A stretch of 64,000 nucleotides of DNA from Candidatus Omnitrophota bacterium (GCA_029560465.1 JAKQKX010000045.1:24260-88259); one strand, 5' to 3'. Shown: positions 41,499-51,980, counted from the stretch's first letter. Numbers and translations: made by a program. The notes: generated by a model not told the origin, from the letters alone.

Positions 41499-42623
41499 TC
41501 AAGAGATCACCCCCCTTTCCCGGGGTTTTCCGAAGTCCGTGAACCGCCGATAGCGGTAATACGCGGCGCACGCCCCCTCGGAAGACACCATCGTCGCCCC
41601 CAAAGGATGCTGGGGAGTGCAGCGTTGGCCAAAGGCCGGACACTCGCCCGGTTTCTTTAACCCCTGCAAGATGAGCCCGCTGATGCACTCCTCCGGCTCT
41701 TCCCGGGTCATCCCCGACAAACCGAACCGCCCTTCGGCGTCAAACGATTGGTATTGCTCGCGCAGCTTCAGCCCGCTGTGCGGGATGTCGCCCACGCCAC
41801 GCCATTTCCGGGGAGCCACTTCAAAAACTTCTTTGATAATCTCCTGCGCCGGAGCGTTTCCTCCCCTTTTGACCGCGCGGCTATACTGATTTTCCACCTC
41901 ATACCGGCCTTGCTCCAACTGCCGGACAACCATGAGGATGCCCTGCAGGATATCCAAAGGTTCAAAACCAGTCACCACGATGGGAACCTTAAACTCCCGT
42001 GCTATCGGGATATATTCTTCATACCCCATCACAGCGCAGACATGCCCGGCGGCGAGAAAACCCTCCACCCGGTTTTGAGGGGAAGACAGGATGGCCCGCA
42101 TCGCCGGGGGCACCAAAACGTGAGAAACAAGCATAAAAAAATTCTTGATTTGTTGCTGATAAGCCTGGTAAACCGCCATGGCATTGCCCGGAGCGGTCGT
42201 CTCAAAACCGATAGCAAAAAAAACCACCTGGCGGGACGGGTTGGCTTTGGCCAATGACAACGCGTCCAACGGGGAATACACGATCCGGACATCACCGCCC
42301 TCTGCCTTCACGGTCAGCAGGTCTTTCCCGCTGCCCGGGACCCGCAGCATATCCCCGAACGAGCAGAAAATAACCTCCGGCCGCGCGGCAATATCCAGCG
42401 CCTTGTCGATCAGCTCCAACGGCGTCACGCACACCGGGCAGCCCGGGCCATGAACCAGGGTGATCTGCCCCGGGAGCAGGACATCCACGCCGAACTTCAC
42501 GATCGCATGCGTCTGCCCGCCGCAAATTTCCATGATCACATGCGGTTTTGTCGTAATACGGTGAATCGCCCGGGATATTTTCCGGGCCAAAGCCGGATCA
42601 CGGTATTCATCAAGATACTTCAT
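41499..42623 (-). CDS. hypD: hydrogenase maturation factor HypD
   Basis: 374 aa; [13 protein letters not shown] and FEP motifs. Confidence 0.9.
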   Translation of the reverse strand: MKYLDEYRDPALARKISRAIHRITTKPHVIMEICGGQTHAIVKFGVDVLLPGQITLVHGPGCPVCVTPLELIDKALDIAARPEVIFCSFGDMLRVPGSGKDLLTVKAEGGDVRIVYSPLDALSLAKANPSRQVVFFAIGFETTAPGNAMAVYQAYQQQIKNFFMLVSHVLVPPAMRAILSSPQNRVEGFLAAGHVCAVMGYEEYIPIAREFKVPIVVTGFEPLDILQGILMVVRQLEQGRYEVENQYSRAVKRGGNAPAQEIIKEVFEVAPRKWRGVGDIPHSGLKLREQYQSFDAEGRFGLSGMTREEPEECISGLILQGLKKPGECPAFGQRCTPQHPLGATMVSSEGACAAYYRYRRFTDFGKPRERGVIS

Positions 42624-42880
42624 TGAGAGGAACCCTCCGCCGACTCATCGGGGATGTCCTCGATGTCCTTCAACAATTCAAACACGCCCAAGGCTTCCGA
42701 TTCATCAACAAGATTAATCGCGAATCCCGCATGCACAAGCGCATAATCACCCACCTTCGCCTCGGGGACATAGGCGAGGGACACTTGTTTTGTCACACCG
42801 CCGAAACGGATTTTACCCAAACGGTAAAAAGGGTCGTCCCCTTCAATGCTGACAATCTGTCCTGGAATCGCCAAGCACAT
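42620..42880 (-). CDS. hypC: hydrogenase maturation chaperone HypC
   Basis: Starts [10 protein letters not shown], the HypC signature, with AAGGAG RBS; the ORF track start is an upstream over-extension. Confidence 0.9.
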   Translation of the reverse strand: MCLAIPGQIVSIEGDDPFYRLGKIRFGGVTKQVSLAYVPEAKVGDYALVHAGFAINLVDESEALGVFELLKDIEDIPDESAEGSSQ

Positions 42881-42927
42881 CTTTTCCATCTCCTTCGGGA
42901 CTCCGCGTGCAAAGGCGGCGCCCTTGT

Positions 42928-45315
42928 TTAAGCCGGCGCCCCCTTGAGCGCCGCGCAAACCGCCTGCCCCAGGGAAATTCCCCCGTCATTAGGCGGAATA
43001 TTTTGATGCCAGTATGGCTGAAACCCCGCCGCGCGCAGTTGAAGGATCAGCCCTTCCGTTAACCGTTTGTTCTGAAAACAACCCCCGCTTAACACAATTT
43101 TCTTCTTGCCGGCGCACCGGGCGATATCCACGGCTATGGCGATCAGGGTATTATGAAATTTTGCCGATATAAAATTCAAGTTGAGTTCTGCCCTGGCATC
43201 CGCGACAATCGCCTTTAACATCGGGCGCCAGTCCGCAACCCAGGGCCCCATCTCCGGAAGAGACCCGCCCCGCTTGACATCATAGCCATAGCGTTCCCCG
43301 GTTTCAAAACCGCGAGCGGCGAACTCCAAAGCCATGGCCGCCTGGCCTTCAAAACAGGCCCCATCCCGGACTCCTGTCAACGCGGCAACAGCATCAAAAA
43401 GCCGCCCGACACTGGAGACCTGCGGGGTATTAATTTGTTTCTCAATCATCCTGTTTAAAACCTTTAATTCCTGATCAGAACGGGAGCGGAAACACGGCAG
43501 ACAGCGGACATCCGTCATGTCCCCGTCCATGGCCTCCCAAAGCGCCCCCCACGCGGCCCGCCAAGGTTCTTTGACCGCTATTTCTCCGCCGGGCAGCGGG
43601 AACGGCCGGAAGAACCCTCCCCGGATAAAATCCGTTAAAGAAGAAATAAGGAACTCCCCGCCCCAAATCGTCGCGTCCAGACCGTAACCGGTCCCATCCC
43701 AAGCCAGGCCCAAAACCTCTTCGTCCAGGTCATTATCAACCATACACGCCACAATATGGGCATGGTGATGCTGCACCGGCACTAAAGGCAAACCCCGGTG
43801 CCCCGCCTCCCGGGTTGAGATGTAATCCGGGTGCCGGTCATGCGCGACCTGTTCCACCGGGGCCTGATACAAGTCTATCAACGCGCCTGCGGTCTTTTGA
43901 AACGTCTTCAGCGCGGCGCGGGTATCCAGATCCCCGATATGCTGGCTCACAAAAATATTGTCCCCCACTGTTAAAGCCACCGTGTTCTTTTGCTGACCTC
44001 CCATCGCCAACGTGGCGCGCCCGGACCTCCCACAACGGACCGGCAGTGGGGCATACCCCCGGGCCCGGCGCAGCAACAAGGGGCGGCCGGCCATGACTCT
44101 GGCGAGGGAATCATCCACCTGACGGACAATCGGGCGGTCATGAACAAGAAAACAATCCGCGATGTTTTTCAAACGGGCGAGCGCCTCTGTTTCATCAATA
44201 CAAACCGGCTCATCCGAAATATTACCGCTGGTGGCGACAAGGGGAGACCCCATCTCCCGCAGAAGAATATGGTGCAAAGGCGTGAAAGGAAGCATGGCCC
44301 CCACATCTGGATTTCCAGGCGCCACGGCCAAGGCCACCCGCCCGCCAGCAGGCATTCCAGAAACGGATATCCTTTCCAACAGCACAATCGGCGCCATAAG
44401 CGATTCGAGCAACCGGAGCTCCTCCGCGTTCACCCGACAAGCCCGGGATACCGCATCCAAAGAAGGAAACATGACCGCAAAAGGCTTTTCGTCACGCTGC
44501 TTGCGCCTGCGTAAACGCTGAACCGCCTCCTCGTCCTCGGCATCAACCATAAGGTGAAAACCGCCCAGGCCTTTGACCGCCACCACCTGCCCCTGCCGAA
44601 ACGCCTGAACAGCCATATTCAGCGCGTCCCGCTGCCGCGCCATGACGCGCCCCGCTCCATCCCAAAATGTGACCTGCGGGCCGCAAGCCGGACAAGCCAC
44701 CGGCTGTGCGTGAAAGAACCTGGATGCCGGATTTTCATACTCCTGCCGGCACGACGCACACATGGTAAACCCGGACATGGATGTGTTCGCCCGGTCATAA
44801 GGAAGCCGTTGGATGATCGCATAACGGGGGCCACAATGCGTGCAATTAATAAAAGGATACAGGTACCGGCGGTTGCCCGGGGCAAAAACCTCTGCCAGGC
44901 AATCCGGGCAGGTCGCGATATCGGGCATAATCATAGCCGTGCGTTGTTCCTCATCCAAACTGGGACGTATTTCAAAATCAGTATAATTCAATGGATCGAA
45001 AAACGACAGCTGCATATTGTCAATGAACGCCAGCACCGGTTTATCCGAAATAATTTTGTCTCTAAAAAGCCTTAATTCTTCTGACGGGCCTTCCGCTTCC
45101 AACAAAACTCCCGCTAAAGAATTGCTCACCCACCCCGTCAACCCCAGCTCGCGGGCCAGACGAAAAATAAAAGGGCGGAACCCCACACCTTGCACGGCGC
45201 CCCGGATTTCAACACGGATCCTTTGCCGGCCCCCGGCCGAAAGCTGCCCACGCCCAGTATCTCGCCTTGTCACCCCCGCCACCGTTTCCCCCCGCATCAC
45301 TGAAAACCTAGCCAT
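42928..45315 (-). CDS. hypF: carbamoyltransferase HypF
   Basis: Acylphosphatase domain (VQGVGFRPF), two CxxC-x18-CxxC Zn fingers, YrdC and Kae1-like C-terminal domains; probable start at M67/M73, overlapping the feoB stop. Confidence 0.9.
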   Translation of the reverse strand: MARFSVMRGETVAGVTRRDTGRGQLSAGGRQRIRVEIRGAVQGVGFRPFIFRLARELGLTGWVSNSLAGVLLEAEGPSEELRLFRDKIISDKPVLAFIDNMQLSFFDPLNYTDFEIRPSLDEEQRTAMIMPDIATCPDCLAEVFAPGNRRYLYPFINCTHCGPRYAIIQRLPYDRANTSMSGFTMCASCRQEYENPASRFFHAQPVACPACGPQVTFWDGAGRVMARQRDALNMAVQAFRQGQVVAVKGLGGFHLMVDAEDEEAVQRLRRRKQRDEKPFAVMFPSLDAVSRACRVNAEELRLLESLMAPIVLLERISVSGMPAGGRVALAVAPGNPDVGAMLPFTPLHHILLREMGSPLVATSGNISDEPVCIDETEALARLKNIADCFLVHDRPIVRQVDDSLARVMAGRPLLLRRARGYAPLPVRCGRSGRATLAMGGQQKNTVALTVGDNIFVSQHIGDLDTRAALKTFQKTAGALIDLYQAPVEQVAHDRHPDYISTREAGHRGLPLVPVQHHHAHIVACMVDNDLDEEVLGLAWDGTGYGLDATIWGGEFLISSLTDFIRGGFFRPFPLPGGEIAVKEPWRAAWGALWEAMDGDMTDVRCLPCFRSRSDQELKVLNRMIEKQINTPQVSSVGRLFDAVAALTGVRDGACFEGQAAMALEFAARGFETGERYGYDVKRGGSLPEMGPWVADWRPMLKAIVADARAELNLNFISAKFHNTLIAIAVDIARCAGKKKIVLSGGCFQNKRLTEGLILQLRAAGFQPYWHQNIPPNDGGISLGQAVCAALKGAPA

Positions 45316-47402
45316 CGCCCCCCCTGATAAACAGTCAATGCCGCAACGTAAGCGATGCCTGTCATATAGACGAATTGAAAAGCCGGCCAGAGCCAACTGT
45401 TTGTTTCGCGCCAGGTCACCACCAACGTGCTGAAACACTGCATCGCGAACACATAGAAAATCAATAAACTGACGCAGACCAGGGGCGTGAACAGCACGCG
45501 CCCATCCGGCCACCGGGCTTCCGAAAAAGCGCTGTGCAAGGACGCGGCATCCCCTGAATCATCGATATTAAAAGCGATGTTCATTGTGCTGACAAAAATT
45601 TCCCGGGCCGCCAACGAGCCGATGAGGCCGATCCCGATCCGCCAGTCATAGCCCAGCGGTCTAATAACCGGCTCCATCAGGACACCGGCCCGCCCGGCGA
45701 AACTGTGACGCAGCGCGACATCCCCGGAGGCGCCCGGCAATTTCGGATACGTCATGAGCGCCCAGAGGATCACTGAAAAAATTAGAATAACCGTCCCGGC
45801 TTTCTTTAAAAATAACTGGCTGCGTTCCCACATGTGCAGAAACGTCGCTTTCAACGTCGGAAAGCGGTACGGGGGCAATTCCATTATAAAAGGAGGCGTG
45901 GGCCCTTTGAAAATAGTATGCTTGAAAACCCAGGCCATCAAAATCGCCCCCAGGATCCCCGTAAGATATAAGCTCAACATGATCCCGGCCTTTTCAAACG
46001 GAGAAGTATTAGGGATGAGCACGGCAATCATCAGCGCGAACACGGGAAGGCGGGCCGAGCACACCATCAGCGGCGAAACCAGGATGGTGACCAAGCGGTC
46101 CTTCGGATTTTCAATGGACCGGCAGGCCATAATGCTGGGGATCGCGCAGGCAAAACCGCATAATAAAGGGATAAATGCTTTACCATGCAGCCCGACCCGG
46201 CTCATCAGGCGGTCCATGATAAATGCGGCCCGGGCCATGTACCCGGTATCCTGCATCAGGGAAATAAAAAAGAACAGCGTCAGGATCTGAGGTAAGAACA
46301 CCACCACCCCGCCAACCCCGGCGATGATTCCGTCCGTTAACAGATCCCGGATATCCCCGGCGGGAAGAACGCTTTTAAGTTCGGCAGAAAGCAACTCGAA
46401 CCCTTTCGAAATCCATTCCATGGGATAGGCCGCAATGGTGAAAATCATGTAAAACATCAACACCATAACACTCACAAAAACCACCCAGCCCCAAACCCGG
46501 TGAGTCAAGACGGCGTCAAAACGTTCGGTCTTCCTTATTTTTGGATCCGGGAGGTCTGTCAGGACCCCCTCAAGAATCCGGTGTATCCAGTCATACCTGG
46601 CTTCAATCACCGCAGAGCGCCATTTGACCCCGGCCCGCGTCAACCTCTGCCGCGCGTCCTGAACCATGGCTGTCCCGATGTCCGAAACCCCGTGCTCAAG
46701 AAGATGGTGCTTGGCGATAGGCGTTGACAAATGGATCACGGCTTCCGAGAAGGCTGTGAACCGGTCCATCTTTCGGTCAGTACACAACCACTGGGCGAAC
46801 AGGGCGACCTCTTCTTCCATCACGGCGGGCATACGCCATTCCCGGAGCGGGACAGGTTCAACACCGCGGGCGAGAATGGTCTTTAACTCCTCAATGCCCT
46901 GCTCTTTGGAGGCGACCATGGGAACTACCGGCATGCGCAGGACCGCCTGAAGTTTTTGCGGGTCAATGGCCCGTCCCTGTTTAACCGTTTCATCCATCAT
47001 GTTCAGCGCCACCACAACCGGGATGCCCAGATCCTGCACCTGACTGACAAGATATAAATTCCGCTCGATATTACTGGCATCCACGATGCACACCACAACA
47101 TCAGGCCGCGTGGTATCATTCATATGACCCAAAAGCACATCCCGGACAACCTGCTCGTCGGGCGACTGCACCGCGAGGCTGTAAGTCCCAGGAAGATCAA
47201 GGACATTCATGGCCTTCCCGTCCGGCAAAATGGCCCGGCCTAATTTTTTCTCAACCGTGACCCCGGGATAATTCCCGACCTTCTGACGGAGGCGGGTCAA
47301 GGCATTAAAAACCGTCGACTTGCCGGAATTGGGATTCCCGACCAAAGCCACGGTCATAAACCGCTCTTCCTGCTCCAGTAATACTGAACGCGTAAGAGAC
47401 AT
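45297..47402 (-). CDS. feoB: ferrous iron transporter FeoB
   Basis: N-terminal G-protein domain (VALVGNPNSGKST) plus a large polytopic permease domain; likely start MSLTRS. Confidence 0.9.
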   Translation of the reverse strand: MSLTRSVLLEQEERFMTVALVGNPNSGKSTVFNALTRLRQKVGNYPGVTVEKKLGRAILPDGKAMNVLDLPGTYSLAVQSPDEQVVRDVLLGHMNDTTRPDVVVCIVDASNIERNLYLVSQVQDLGIPVVVALNMMDETVKQGRAIDPQKLQAVLRMPVVPMVASKEQGIEELKTILARGVEPVPLREWRMPAVMEEEVALFAQWLCTDRKMDRFTAFSEAVIHLSTPIAKHHLLEHGVSDIGTAMVQDARQRLTRAGVKWRSAVIEARYDWIHRILEGVLTDLPDPKIRKTERFDAVLTHRVWGWVVFVSVMVLMFYMIFTIAAYPMEWISKGFELLSAELKSVLPAGDIRDLLTDGIIAGVGGVVVFLPQILTLFFFISLMQDTGYMARAAFIMDRLMSRVGLHGKAFIPLLCGFACAIPSIMACRSIENPKDRLVTILVSPLMVCSARLPVFALMIAVLIPNTSPFEKAGIMLSLYLTGILGAILMAWVFKHTIFKGPTPPFIMELPPYRFPTLKATFLHMWERSQLFLKKAGTVILIFSVILWALMTYPKLPGASGDVALRHSFAGRAGVLMEPVIRPLGYDWRIGIGLIGSLAAREIFVSTMNIAFNIDDSGDAASLHSAFSEARWPDGRVLFTPLVCVSLLIFYVFAMQCFSTLVVTWRETNSWLWPAFQFVYMTGIAYVAALTVYQGGRWLGFQ

Positions 47403-47431
47403 CGAGTTAATTCCTTTTGTTGTGACTGGCC

Positions 47432-47665
47432 TTACTGCGGGTCGACCAGAATCATATCCGCTTCCTTCTTGCGGATCGTCAAATGATAACCCCGGACTTT
47501 TATTTCCACCGGATCCCCCATCGGTGCATAACGGATGATTTGAACGGGGCAACCCGGGGTGACCCCCATTTCCAGCAAACGCTGGACAATCTGGTCATCG
47601 CCAGCCAGATCCATGACTATCCCCTTTTGCCCGATCCGCAAAGTATTGATTGAACAGGCTCCCAT
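47432..47665 (-). CDS. feoA: FeoA
   Basis: 77-aa SH3-like FeoA (GQKGIVMDL...IKVRGYHLTIRK). Confidence 0.85.
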   Translation of the reverse strand: MGACSINTLRIGQKGIVMDLAGDDQIVQRLLEMGVTPGCPVQIIRYAPMGDPVEIKVRGYHLTIRKKEADMILVDPQ

Positions 47666-47691
47666 GAAAAACCGTCTCCTTCTTTTACCCC

Positions 47692-48144
47692 CTATGAGGC
47701 CTCACCCCCGGCCAAAACGGCAGCACATTGGCGGCAAACCCCAAAAAGTTCGTACCGTAATTTTCTTATGGTAAAATCCTTCCGCTTCGCCAGATTAACG
47801 CTCATATCCCTAATCCCTTCATCAAAGATCTCAAAGTCCCGGCCGCATTGCGTGCAAATACAATGCGCGTGATAATCCCTTTTCCATTTACGTTCATACC
47901 GTTTCACGCCATCATTAAAATCAACCTCTTCAGCCAGCCCGCAATCTGCGATCAGTTTGAGCGTCCGGTAAACCGTCGTGTACCCGATCTCCGGGTAGTC
48001 TTGGCTCACAAGCCCATGAAGTTCCTGGGCGCTGATATGGGTTCTTGATTTTAAAAAAATACCCAAAATTTTTTCGCGTTTTGAAGACCGGTGGCAGCCT
48101 TTCTGGCTCACATGCTGCCGAAACACCTGGATCGCGTTTGTCAT
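47692..48144 (-). CDS. fur: Fur-family metalloregulator
   Basis: 150 aa; winged-helix N-terminus, HAHCICTQCG and CRQC metal-site cysteines. Confidence 0.85.
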   Translation of the reverse strand: MTNAIQVFRQHVSQKGCHRSSKREKILGIFLKSRTHISAQELHGLVSQDYPEIGYTTVYRTLKLIADCGLAEEVDFNDGVKRYERKWKRDYHAHCICTQCGRDFEIFDEGIRDMSVNLAKRKDFTIRKLRYELFGVCRQCAAVLAGGEAS

Positions 48145-48165
48145 ACCTTCCCCTTAAAGATGAAA

Positions 48166-48183
48166 TTGATTTTCAAGATAACA
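48166..48183 (-). promoter_or_regulatory. Fur-box-like AT hexamer array upstream of fur
   Basis: GATAACATCATAAC within TTGATTTTCAAGATAACATCATAACAAAG, about 25 nt upstream of the fur start. Confidence 0.3.
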
Positions 48184-48345
48184 TCATAACAAAGTCCGGG
48201 CTAAAGTCAAGAGAAGTTCGGCCCGCATATTTCCCGAGGATTCTATAACTACTTCATATTTTTTATTTTATAAAACGATCTCTGGGAAAACGCATAAACG
48301 CAACGGAGGCCGGGAGAGGAGACGTGATGAAGTCCAACGTGGAGA

Positions 48346-48591
48346 TTATTCACAGTCAAATGAAACCAAACGCAATTCCCGGGTTGGGCTTTTTTCCAGG
48401 ATAATTTCCGCACCCTGGAGAGGAGTGCCCTTGCCCTGTTCAGCAAAAAAATACTTTAAAATATCTTCGTTGATTTCCGTATATTCGCCCATGCGTAAAT
48501 ATATTTTCGTCACCCTCGCCGCATTCTGCTGGGCGGCCATTTCCAATAAATCTTTATGCAAATCCTTGATCAAATGCATTTCATGCATCAC
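48346..48591 (-). CDS. hypA: HypA-like N-terminal domain protein, truncated immediately before the zinc-finger (81 aa)
   Basis: MHEMHLIKDL...ARVTKIYLRMGEYTEINEDILKYFF matches the HypA N-terminal Ni-binding domain. The ORF stops at ...LVSFDCE-TAA, exactly where the first CxxC of HypA begins, and no CxxC...CxxC follows in any frame. Confidence 0.55.
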   Translation of the reverse strand: MMHEMHLIKDLHKDLLEMAAQQNAARVTKIYLRMGEYTEINEDILKYFFAEQGKGTPLQGAEIILEKSPTRELRLVSFDCE

Positions 48592-49084
48592 GCCCTCCCC
48601 CTAAATAATTAAAAAGATTGGTCATTTCCTGCGACAAAGCATCCGCGGCTTCCTTCACTTCCGGTGATAACCCCTCCCCCGGCACAACTGAACAAACCTG
48701 AATACCGATAAAAACCGTTGTGGCCCCGGTTTCCTCTTCAATCAGCCTCGTAACAACATTCAGGGGGATGGCGTGCGTCGACAGGGTCGAAGTCGGGATC
48801 AGGTCCTCCTCAATAATCCTCACTTCTCCCGGACGGCCGTGAAAATCAGCCGCGTCTATAACGATGATGTAATCGGGGTTAACCTGAATGGCCTGGTCAA
48901 TAATATTTTCGGGCGTATACCCGGCATCCAGGATCGGCACAAGCACGCGGCCTTTCAAGGCCTCATATAGGTACGGACCAACCCCGTCATCACTGCGGAA
49001 GCTGTTGCCCGCGGTGATGACAAGATTGGTTCCTGGCCTTGGCTTTAACGCCTCAAAGATTTCAGCGGTTAATAAATTTGACAT
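48581..49084 (-). CDS. hydrogenase maturation endopeptidase (HycI/HybD family)
   Basis: 167 aa; LVITAGNSFRSDDGVGP motif. Confidence 0.85.
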   Translation of the reverse strand: MSNLLTAEIFEALKPRPGTNLVITAGNSFRSDDGVGPYLYEALKGRVLVPILDAGYTPENIIDQAIQVNPDYIIVIDAADFHGRPGEVRIIEEDLIPTSTLSTHAIPLNVVTRLIEEETGATTVFIGIQVCSVVPGEGLSPEVKEAADALSQEMTNLFNYLGGGRDA

Positions 49085-50390
49085 TCAGAAAATGAGCGGA
49101 GCAGGAAATGCACGGGTCATAAGCGCGCACAAGCATTTCCAGTCTCAGGGTGATGTCCTCATCATTCAGGGTCAAGATTTCCGGGACCAGCTTCTTCATA
49201 TCATGTTCGATATTGTTAACGTTCTGATTGGTTGGGATAATGCAATTGGCATTGACGATTTTCCCATGCCCATCGACCTCATAATCGTGGAATAAAATGC
49301 CCCGGGGCACTTCAACCGCGCCCACACCGCGGCCGGCTTTAACCGGGATCCGGCCGTTTTCATTCAGCCCGACCACAAGCTCTTCCTCATAATCAATTCC
49401 GTCTTCTTGAAACGCCTTCAGGATGCGGATAGCATCGTGAAGGCAATGCACGCATTCGATCAGCTGGGCGGCGGTGTTTAAATACGGATTCGTGGTGACC
49501 GGCTTTAATCCGATCGCCTCGGCGACCGCTTTGGCTTTGGGATGAAGCTTTTTGTAGTTCAGGTTCACACGGGCCAAAGCACCGACCATGTAAGAATCCT
49601 TGCTCCACTTGGTGTGCTTGGCGGATGAATGCGGCACGACGTACTCGTTGGTCACGGACCTGTAATCCTCTTTCTTCACCCGTTTGCCTTCCGTGGATCC
49701 GACATCTCCCATCAAAAGCGGGTATTCCTTCTCATCGCTGACCAACCCCACATATTCCGTCGGACGGTTAAATTCCGGAAACTTCAAGGTCGCGGCCAGC
49801 GCCACGGTGGCGTCCATATCCGGCAACAGGACTTTTTCCAACAGCTCCAGCATGGCGTCTAACGCCTTTTCTGTCGGCAGCTTGGTAAACCCGCCCACGA
49901 TCGATGAAATCGGATGCACATGCCGGCCCACGAGGATATCGCAGATATCATTACAGGTCTTTTTCATGCGCAGAGCCCGTCTCACGACTTCATTATGCGT
50001 GGCGATGAGCGGCACAAAACTCTTCACTCCCAGGAGGTCCGGGGCCACCAGCAGATAAATATGCAGCAGGTGACTGTCAAGTTCTTCCATGTGCAGAAGA
50101 AACTTGCGCAATTCCGTCGTTTGCCGGGACGGCTTGAACCCGATCGCCTGTTCCGCCGCCTGGATCGAAGCCAGCGTGTGCCCGCAGGAACAGATGCCGC
50201 AGATCCGGCAGGTAATATGCTGGGCTTCAAAAATCGAGCGGCCGCGGAGCATCCCTTCAAAAAAACGGGGAGACTCGACAATTTCAAGGCGGCAATCTTC
50301 CAATTTGCTGTCCTTGACGTTCACCACAATGTTTCCGTGGCCTTCGACACGGGTCAAATACTCGACATTAACCTTAACATTTCTGCTCAT
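49062..50390 (-). CDS. [NiFe]-hydrogenase large (alpha) subunit, group 3b-like
   Basis: N-terminal RICGICSCGH and C-terminal DPCISCSAHF Ni-binding motifs, plus a short C-terminal extension for protease processing. Confidence 0.9.
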   Translation of the reverse strand: MSRNVKVNVEYLTRVEGHGNIVVNVKDSKLEDCRLEIVESPRFFEGMLRGRSIFEAQHITCRICGICSCGHTLASIQAAEQAIGFKPSRQTTELRKFLLHMEELDSHLLHIYLLVAPDLLGVKSFVPLIATHNEVVRRALRMKKTCNDICDILVGRHVHPISSIVGGFTKLPTEKALDAMLELLEKVLLPDMDATVALAATLKFPEFNRPTEYVGLVSDEKEYPLLMGDVGSTEGKRVKKEDYRSVTNEYVVPHSSAKHTKWSKDSYMVGALARVNLNYKKLHPKAKAVAEAIGLKPVTTNPYLNTAAQLIECVHCLHDAIRILKAFQEDGIDYEEELVVGLNENGRIPVKAGRGVGAVEVPRGILFHDYEVDGHGKIVNANCIIPTNQNVNNIEHDMKKLVPEILTLNDEDITLRLEMLVRAYDPCISCSAHFLNVKFINR

Positions 50391-51138
50391 GAGTCTTCTT
50401 CTCCTCTAAATCCCGGGCTTTATTGTACATATTGAATTTATTCTCAATCCAGTCCGGGGAGATCTTGTGCCTCTCCAAAACATCCTTCTGCCCCTTCTCG
50501 GCGGGATTGGAAACCATGCCGCGGCACCCATAACAGATGTTCCCGTTGTTAATACACCAGGAATTACAGCCGGCCCGGGTGATGGGCCCCATGCACGCAA
50601 CCCCTTTTTCGTACAGGCACACATTCTCATTCAGCTTGCACTCGGTGCAGACCGGGTCATCCGGAACCCGGTACGGCATCCCGGCCAAAGCGCATTTCAA
50701 GACTTTAACAAATTCCGGGATATACACCGGGCAGCCATGCACGAAATAATCCACCGGGACCACCTGATGAACCGCCCGGGTGGGGATGGTATCAAAATAG
50801 CCCGCTTTATCCTGGTATACATATTTCTGAATATCATCGAGGGGGAAATTATTCTTCATCCCGTTCACCCCGCCGTTCGTCGCGCAGGAGCCGTAAGCGA
50901 TCAGGACTTTGGCCGTCTCGCGGATTTTCTTGATGCGTTCCACCGCGTGTTTCGTGGTGATGCTCCCCTCCACGACCGCGACATCATAGACCGCGGACTT
51001 CTCGGACATCACCTCCCGGAACTCGACAACATCGATAAGCTCCAAGACGTCCAGTAATGCTTCCCCCATGTTGGCCACCTGCAGCTGGCAGCCCTCACAA
51101 CAGGCGAAATCGAAAAACGCAACTTTGACTTTATTCAT
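50374..51138 (-). CDS. [NiFe]-hydrogenase small (delta) subunit
   Basis: 254 aa with CCEGC proximal cluster motif and C-terminal Fe-S cysteines; overlaps the alpha gene by 17 nt. Confidence 0.9.
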   Translation of the reverse strand: MNKVKVAFFDFACCEGCQLQVANMGEALLDVLELIDVVEFREVMSEKSAVYDVAVVEGSITTKHAVERIKKIRETAKVLIAYGSCATNGGVNGMKNNFPLDDIQKYVYQDKAGYFDTIPTRAVHQVVPVDYFVHGCPVYIPEFVKVLKCALAGMPYRVPDDPVCTECKLNENVCLYEKGVACMGPITRAGCNSWCINNGNICYGCRGMVSNPAEKGQKDVLERHKISPDWIENKFNMYNKARDLEEKKTHEQKC

Positions 51139-51140
51139 AA

Positions 51141-51980
51141 TTATAAGGCCTCATAATTGTGTTTGATTTCTTCATATGTAAATACCGGGCCCTCCTGGCA
51201 ACAATAGAGATCGCCAATCTGGCAATGCCCGCATTTCCCAACCCCGCACTTCATATGCCGCTCCAGCGAAAGGATAATATGATCGTCCGCAAATTTTTTC
51301 TTGAGGAGCTCCTGAATGACGAACTTATACATGATCGGCGGCCCGACGATGACAGAGTACGTTTTGGAGGGGTCGCAATCGACACCAGGGATAAGCTTCG
51401 TGATCAGCCCGACATTCCCCTTCCAGCCCGCGTCCGCCTGGTCAACGGTTTTATTGACCACAACCCCCGGGCGATTTTCCCATTGCTCCAACTCATCGAC
51501 AAACAGCATGGTCTGGGGCGTTTTGCAGCCCAGAAGGATATTCAAATTCCCAAAATTCTTGCGGTTATCCAAAACATACGTGATCAGGGAGTGTAACGGG
51601 ATGTTCCCGCACCCCCCCCCGATAAACAAAAGGTCCTTGCCCTTTAACTTCTTAATGGGAAACCCACGGCCGAACGGGCCGCGGATCCCGACCGGATCCC
51701 CTGTCCCGAGCGCGTGCAGAGCCGAGGTCAAAGTCCCGGCTTTTCGGACAACCAGCTCAAAAGACCCCTTTCGGGTCGGAGAGGAAGAAATCGAAATCGG
51801 CGCTTCGCCCACCCCGGGGACCGAAATCATCACAAATTGCCCCGGGTCGTAATTAAAATCACTGACCCCGGCGAGTTGAATTTCAAAATAAGTCTCCTGG
51901 TCAGTCATTTTTTTCTTCGTTACGATCGTTCCGGTCATAACTTCATAAGAAGATTTTACGGCTTGCTTATGTTCTTTCAT
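51141..51980 (-). CDS. hydrogenase gamma subunit: FAD/NAD(P)-binding oxidoreductase with [2Fe-2S] (FNR-like)
   Basis: FNR-like FAD/NAD fold plus C-terminal CGVGKCGHCQIGDLYCCQEGPVF. Confidence 0.85.
   Translation of the reverse strand: MKEHKQAVKSSYEVMTGTIVTKKKMTDQETYFEIQLAGVSDFNYDPGQFVMISVPGVGEAPISISSSPTRKGSFELVVRKAGTLTSALHALGTGDPVGIRGPFGRGFPIKKLKGKDLLFIGGGCGNIPLHSLITYVLDNRKNFGNLNILLGCKTPQTMLFVDELEQWENRPGVVVNKTVDQADAGWKGNVGLITKLIPGVDCDPSKTYSVIVGPPIMYKFVIQELLKKKFADDHIILSLERHMKCGVGKCGHCQIGDLYCCQEGPVFTYEEIKHNYEAL

Noticed and set aside
42620-42958. Long N-terminal extensions suggested by the ORF track for hypC, hypE, ribBA, murG, feoB and nrnA.
   Set aside because: Internal start codons with good RBS match the conserved family N-termini (for example MCLAIP for HypC, and a TTG overlapping the hypD stop for HypE). 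The extensions lack homology and would overlap upstream genes.
48045-48248. 67-aa plus-strand ORF in the hypA-fur intergenic.
   Set aside because: The region is better explained as the fur promoter/Fur-box region and hypA 3' remnant. No RBS or homology.
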